A stretch of 64,000 nt of DNA, taken from Candidatus Nanopelagicales bacterium. GTDB taxonomy: Bacteria > Actinomycetota > Actinomycetes > S36-B12. Below the pieces are notes generated by a model, which was not told where the DNA came from, made no database searches, and saw only the letters and a list, made by a program, of their open reading frames with translations. Location of the stretch: contig JAURFD010000003.1 of the NCBI GenBank assembly GCA_030827125.1, positions 65,607-129,606 of the forward strand, in the 5' to 3' direction. Both the position numbers and the translations under genes were made by a program. Position 1 is the stretch's first letter, and every line of letters starts with the position of its first letter. Below, one piece after another: positions 61,041-64,000 of the stretch.

Positions 61041-62453
61041 TCAGACCACCTGCTTGGGCAGATCGGCTGCCGGTTCACCGGCCATCGGTTTGTCGTCGGG
61101 TATCGGACCGGCGATCACGTAGCGGCGCATGAGGATGAACTCCACAATGGCGAAGGCGCCGTACAGCAGGAAGAAGATCGGCAGGCTCAAGTACAGGAAC
61201 GACGGCGAGATCGACGACACCGCATCCTCGGTCTTGAGCATGTTGTAGACGACCCACGGCTGGCGACCGTTCTCGGTGAAGATCCAGCCGAACATGTTGC
61301 CGAGCCACGGGGTGAAGACGATCCAGATGGAGATCGCCCAAAAGATGCGTCCCTCCGGCAGCCGACCCTTGCGGGTGCGCCACCACGCGACGAGCATCCA
61401 CGCCGCACCAACGAGACCGAAGCCCATCATGAGACGGAAGGAGTAGAAGGCGATCCAGACGTTGGGCGTGTAGTCGCCGGGACCGAACTGTTCTTCATAC
61501 TGCGCCTGCAACTCATTGGCGCCGGTGACCGTGCCGTCGAGGGAGTTGGTGGCGACGATCGACAGCATGCAGGGGATGGAGATCTCCCAGATGTTCTCGC
61601 GCGCCTCCTGATCGGGGATCGCGATGATCCCCAGTGACGCGCACGGACCCTCGGTCTCCCACAGCGCTTCACCCGCGGCGATTTTCATTGGCTGGTCCTG
61701 GGTGACGAAGACGCCGAGGATGTCGCCCACGATGAGTTGCCCCATGGCGGCGATGAGACCCATGGCGATCGCGGACTTCCACGCCCAGCGCATTTCGGCC
61801 AGGTGCTGGCGACGCTTCAGGTGGTACGCCGCCACCGCAAAGACGAACACCGACGCCGCGACCAGGCCACCGAGGACTGTGTGGGCGTAGGCCCACAGGG
61901 CGAAGGGCTGGAAGAGCACCGCCCAGATGTCGGTGAGGACCGGGTAGCCGGTGAGCGGATCGAGCGCGTAGCCCACCGGATGCTGCATCCAGGAATTCGC
62001 GACGATGATGAAGTACGCCGAAGCCCAGGTGCCCGCAACGAAGACCCAGATGGTGAGCATGTGGATCGTCCGCGGCAACCGATCGCGCCCGAAGAGCCAC
62101 AGGCCGAGGAACGTCGACTCCAGGAAGAAGGCGAGCAGGCCTTCCATGGCGAGCGGGGCGCCGAAGACGTCGCCGACGAACCGGCTGAAGACCGACCAGT
62201 TCATGCCGAACTGGAATTCCTGAACGATGCCAGTGACGATGCCCATGGCGAAGTTGATGACCAGCAGCGAGCCGAAGAAGCGGGTCATGCTGCGATACAC
62301 CGGATTGCCCGAGCGCCAGTACAGCGTCTCCAGCATGGCCACGAAGGGCGCCAGGCCGAGCGTGAGCGGCACGAAGAGGTAGTGGTAAAGCGTCGTCGTC
62401 GCGAACTGCAGGCGCGACAGGTCAACGAGCAGGCTGTCGTCCATGCGGGCCAT
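61041..62453 (-). CDS. cydA: cytochrome bd ubiquinol oxidase subunit I
   Basis: 470 aa with LSRLQFATTTLYHYLFVPLTLGL and the Q-loop region GRQPW. Confidence 0.95.
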   Translation of the reverse strand: MARMDDSLLVDLSRLQFATTTLYHYLFVPLTLGLAPFVAMLETLYWRSGNPVYRSMTRFFGSLLVINFAMGIVTGIVQEFQFGMNWSVFSRFVGDVFGAPLAMEGLLAFFLESTFLGLWLFGRDRLPRTIHMLTIWVFVAGTWASAYFIIVANSWMQHPVGYALDPLTGYPVLTDIWAVLFQPFALWAYAHTVLGGLVAASVFVFAVAAYHLKRRQHLAEMRWAWKSAIAMGLIAAMGQLIVGDILGVFVTQDQPMKIAAGEALWETEGPCASLGIIAIPDQEARENIWEISIPCMLSIVATNSLDGTVTGANELQAQYEEQFGPGDYTPNVWIAFYSFRLMMGFGLVGAAWMLVAWWRTRKGRLPEGRIFWAISIWIVFTPWLGNMFGWIFTENGRQPWVVYNMLKTEDAVSSISPSFLYLSLPIFFLLYGAFAIVEFILMRRYVIAGPIPDDKPMAGEPAADLPKQVV

Positions 62454-62492
62454 CTAACCGTGTTCTCGACGGCCGTGTGGGAGCCTGGGCGA

Positions 62493-63026
62493 ATGCGCCT
62501 CGTGGACGCCTTGACCTACGGTGCCGTCTCGGTGACGGTCACCTCCCTAGAGATGGTGGCACCCCCGGACGACGCCGTCGATCCCCCTCCCGGGGTTGCG
62601 CTCCGGGTCATGGCCGAGCCTCGCCCCGACCTCTCGCGGGACTTCTACGCCCGAGTGGGTGCCGACTGGCACTGGGTGGATCGCCTGGAGTGGTCTGATG
62701 ACCAGTGGCTCACCTGGGTCGACCGGCCGGAGCATCACCTGCTCGTGTGCGAGGTGGACGGCGTACCCGCTGGCTACGCCGAACTTGAGCAGCAGCCTGG
62801 CGGCGCCGTCGAGATCGCCTACTTCGGACTCCTTCCCGAAGCGTTGGGGCGCGGCCTGGGGCGCTGGTGGCTCGGTGCCGTCATCGAGCACGCCTGGTCC
62901 CTCCCCGACGCCACGCGGGTGTGGGTGCACACGTGCGAGTTGGATTCTCCGGCAGCGCTGCCGAACTACCTGGCCCGCGGATTCACGGAGTGTGATCGCC
63001 GGATCGAATGGCGCCTGCCGGACTAG
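62493..63026 (+). CDS. GNAT family N-acetyltransferase
   Basis: Acetyl-CoA binding motif A is present (YFGLLPEALGRGLGRWWL). The ATG at 62493 was chosen because the upstream part of ORF 61737 is antisense to cydA. Confidence 0.8.
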   Translation: MRLVDALTYGAVSVTVTSLEMVAPPDDAVDPPPGVALRVMAEPRPDLSRDFYARVGADWHWVDRLEWSDDQWLTWVDRPEHHLLVCEVDGVPAGYAELEQQPGGAVEIAYFGLLPEALGRGLGRWWLGAVIEHAWSLPDATRVWVHTCELDSPAALPNYLARGFTECDRRIEWRLPD

Positions 63027-63035
63027 GGTGGAACC

Positions 63036-63560
63036 GTGAGCGAGGACAACGAAACACCGCGGCCCGAGGACCCAGCGACGCCGGGGGCCGACGTGGGGCC
63101 GCCCCTGGGCCAGCCGCTTCCCCCGCCTGGGGCACCGATGGCGCCACCTCCTCCGCCTCCTCCGCCTCCTCCACCCCCTCCACCGCCTCCCTCCGCCTAC
63201 CCGACTCCGCCCCCGGCGTACCCGACGCCGCCGCCCGCCTATCCCGCACCCCCGGCACAGCCCTACGCGGGCTATCCGGCTCACTCACCCAAGCCAAAGA
63301 CCAACGGCCTCGCCATCGCCTCGATGGTCCTCGGCATCTTGTCGGTCGTCTTCTTCTGCGCGTGGTTCTTCCCGGTCATGCCGATCCTCGCGGTGGTCTT
63401 TGGCCACATTGCGCTGAACCAGATCCGCAAGCAGGGCACCGCCGGTCGCGGCTTCGCTATCGCGGGCCTCGTCACCGGCTACATTGGTCTGGCGATCACT
63501 GTCGTGATGATCATCTTGATGATCGTCGGCACCGTCACCTCGCCGATGCCGAACTTCTAG
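63036..63560 (+). CDS. DUF4190 membrane protein with poly-proline N-terminal region
   Basis: The C-terminus [16 protein letters not shown]...[33 protein letters not shown] matches DUF4190. The N-terminus contains 16 consecutive Pro codons and AYPTPPP repeats. Confidence 0.8.
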   Translation: MSEDNETPRPEDPATPGADVGPPLGQPLPPPGAPMAPPPPPPPPPPPPPPPPSAYPTPPPAYPTPPPAYPAPPAQPYAGYPAHSPKPKTNGLAIASMVLGILSVVFFCAWFFPVMPILAVVFGHIALNQIRKQGTAGRGFAIAGLVTGYIGLAITVVMIILMIVGTVTSPMPNF

Positions 63561-63600
63561 TTCCCGACACCTTTCGTTCCACCGACATCCGAGGAGTCTT

Positions 63601-64000
63601 GTGTCCCGCAAGGGGTGGGGGCTGTTCCTTGCCCTGTCGGTGATCTGGGGTACGCCGTACCTCTTCATCCGCATCGCCGTCGAACACGTCGAACCCTCCG
63701 TGCTCGTGGCCCTGCGCGTCGGTCTGGCAGCCCTGTTGCTGCTCCCCATTGCTGCCGCACGCGGCCAATTCCGCGGGATTCGCCCCTACCTGCCGTGGAT
63801 CGCGCTCTTCGGCGTCGTCGAAATCACCGGGCCATTCCTCATGCTCGGATATGCCGAGACCGCACTGCCCAGTTCGACGACCGCACTACTCATCGCGGGC
63901 GTCCCGATTGTGGCCGCCGTCCTCGCGCGTTCCTTCGGTCTGGACCGTCGCCTCGGCATCACCCGCATTGCCGGCCTGGCCATCGGCATCAGCGGCGTCG
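63601..64000 (+). CDS. EamA/DMT family transporter (N-terminal part, runs off the right edge)
   Basis: The GTG at 63601 is preceded by GAGGAG. The sequence WGLFLALSVIWGTPYLFIRIAVEHV... is typical of the first EamA repeat. Confidence 0.75.
   Translation, partial: MSRKGWGLFLALSVIWGTPYLFIRIAVEHVEPSVLVALRVGLAALLLLPIAAARGQFRGIRPYLPWIALFGVVEITGPFLMLGYAETALPSSTTALLIAGVPIVAAVLARSFGLDRRLGITRIAGLAIGISGV

Overview
This window is a 64 kb stretch of high-GC Actinomycetota chromosome. The presence of mshB points to a mycothiol producer, and the order cannot be determined from the sequence alone. Most of it is densely packed core metabolism and housekeeping on both strands. Recognisable genes include acyl-CoA dehydrogenase, a CitE-like lyase, the MgtE-N/CBS + DUF1003 + mrp cluster, tatB, tag, dapD, gltA, dapC, fdxA and a VanW protein. 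Also present are mshB, an S9 peptidase, a five-gene peptide ABC importer, typA, ychF, rmuC, ispH, xseAB and glpX. The remainder includes a PfkB kinase, class I fumarase, PIN-PhoH2, a cis-prenyltransferase, a DUF255 thioredoxin-fold protein, pheA, an SMR pump, cydAB and a partial EamA transporter. No rRNA, tRNA or CRISPR array was seen. Many long ORFs in the track are GC-driven shadow frames antisense to real genes and were not called. The most unusual region is the interval between ychF and ispH (about 32.8-38.5 kb). It holds a DUF222/HNH (REP13E12-type) gene, rmuC, and a wecB-like UDP-GlcNAc 2-epimerase gene that is cleanly split. The split is caused by a ~0.95 kb insertion carrying one gene, an exported pentapeptide-repeat protein, and no recombinase. 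The insertion edges carry a perfect 9-bp direct repeat and a weak subterminal inverted repeat. Other observations are listed below:
- a tandem DUF805 pair with mosaic sequence identity;
- an orphan fusion of a peptidase-S51-like domain with a CysRS C-terminal-like domain;
- dapC lacking a canonical start codon at its conserved N-terminus, which abuts the fdxA stop;
- a strong intra-operon hairpin after the ABC-transporter binding-protein gene;
- a run of 16 proline codons in a DUF4190 protein;
- several structured intergenic elements.
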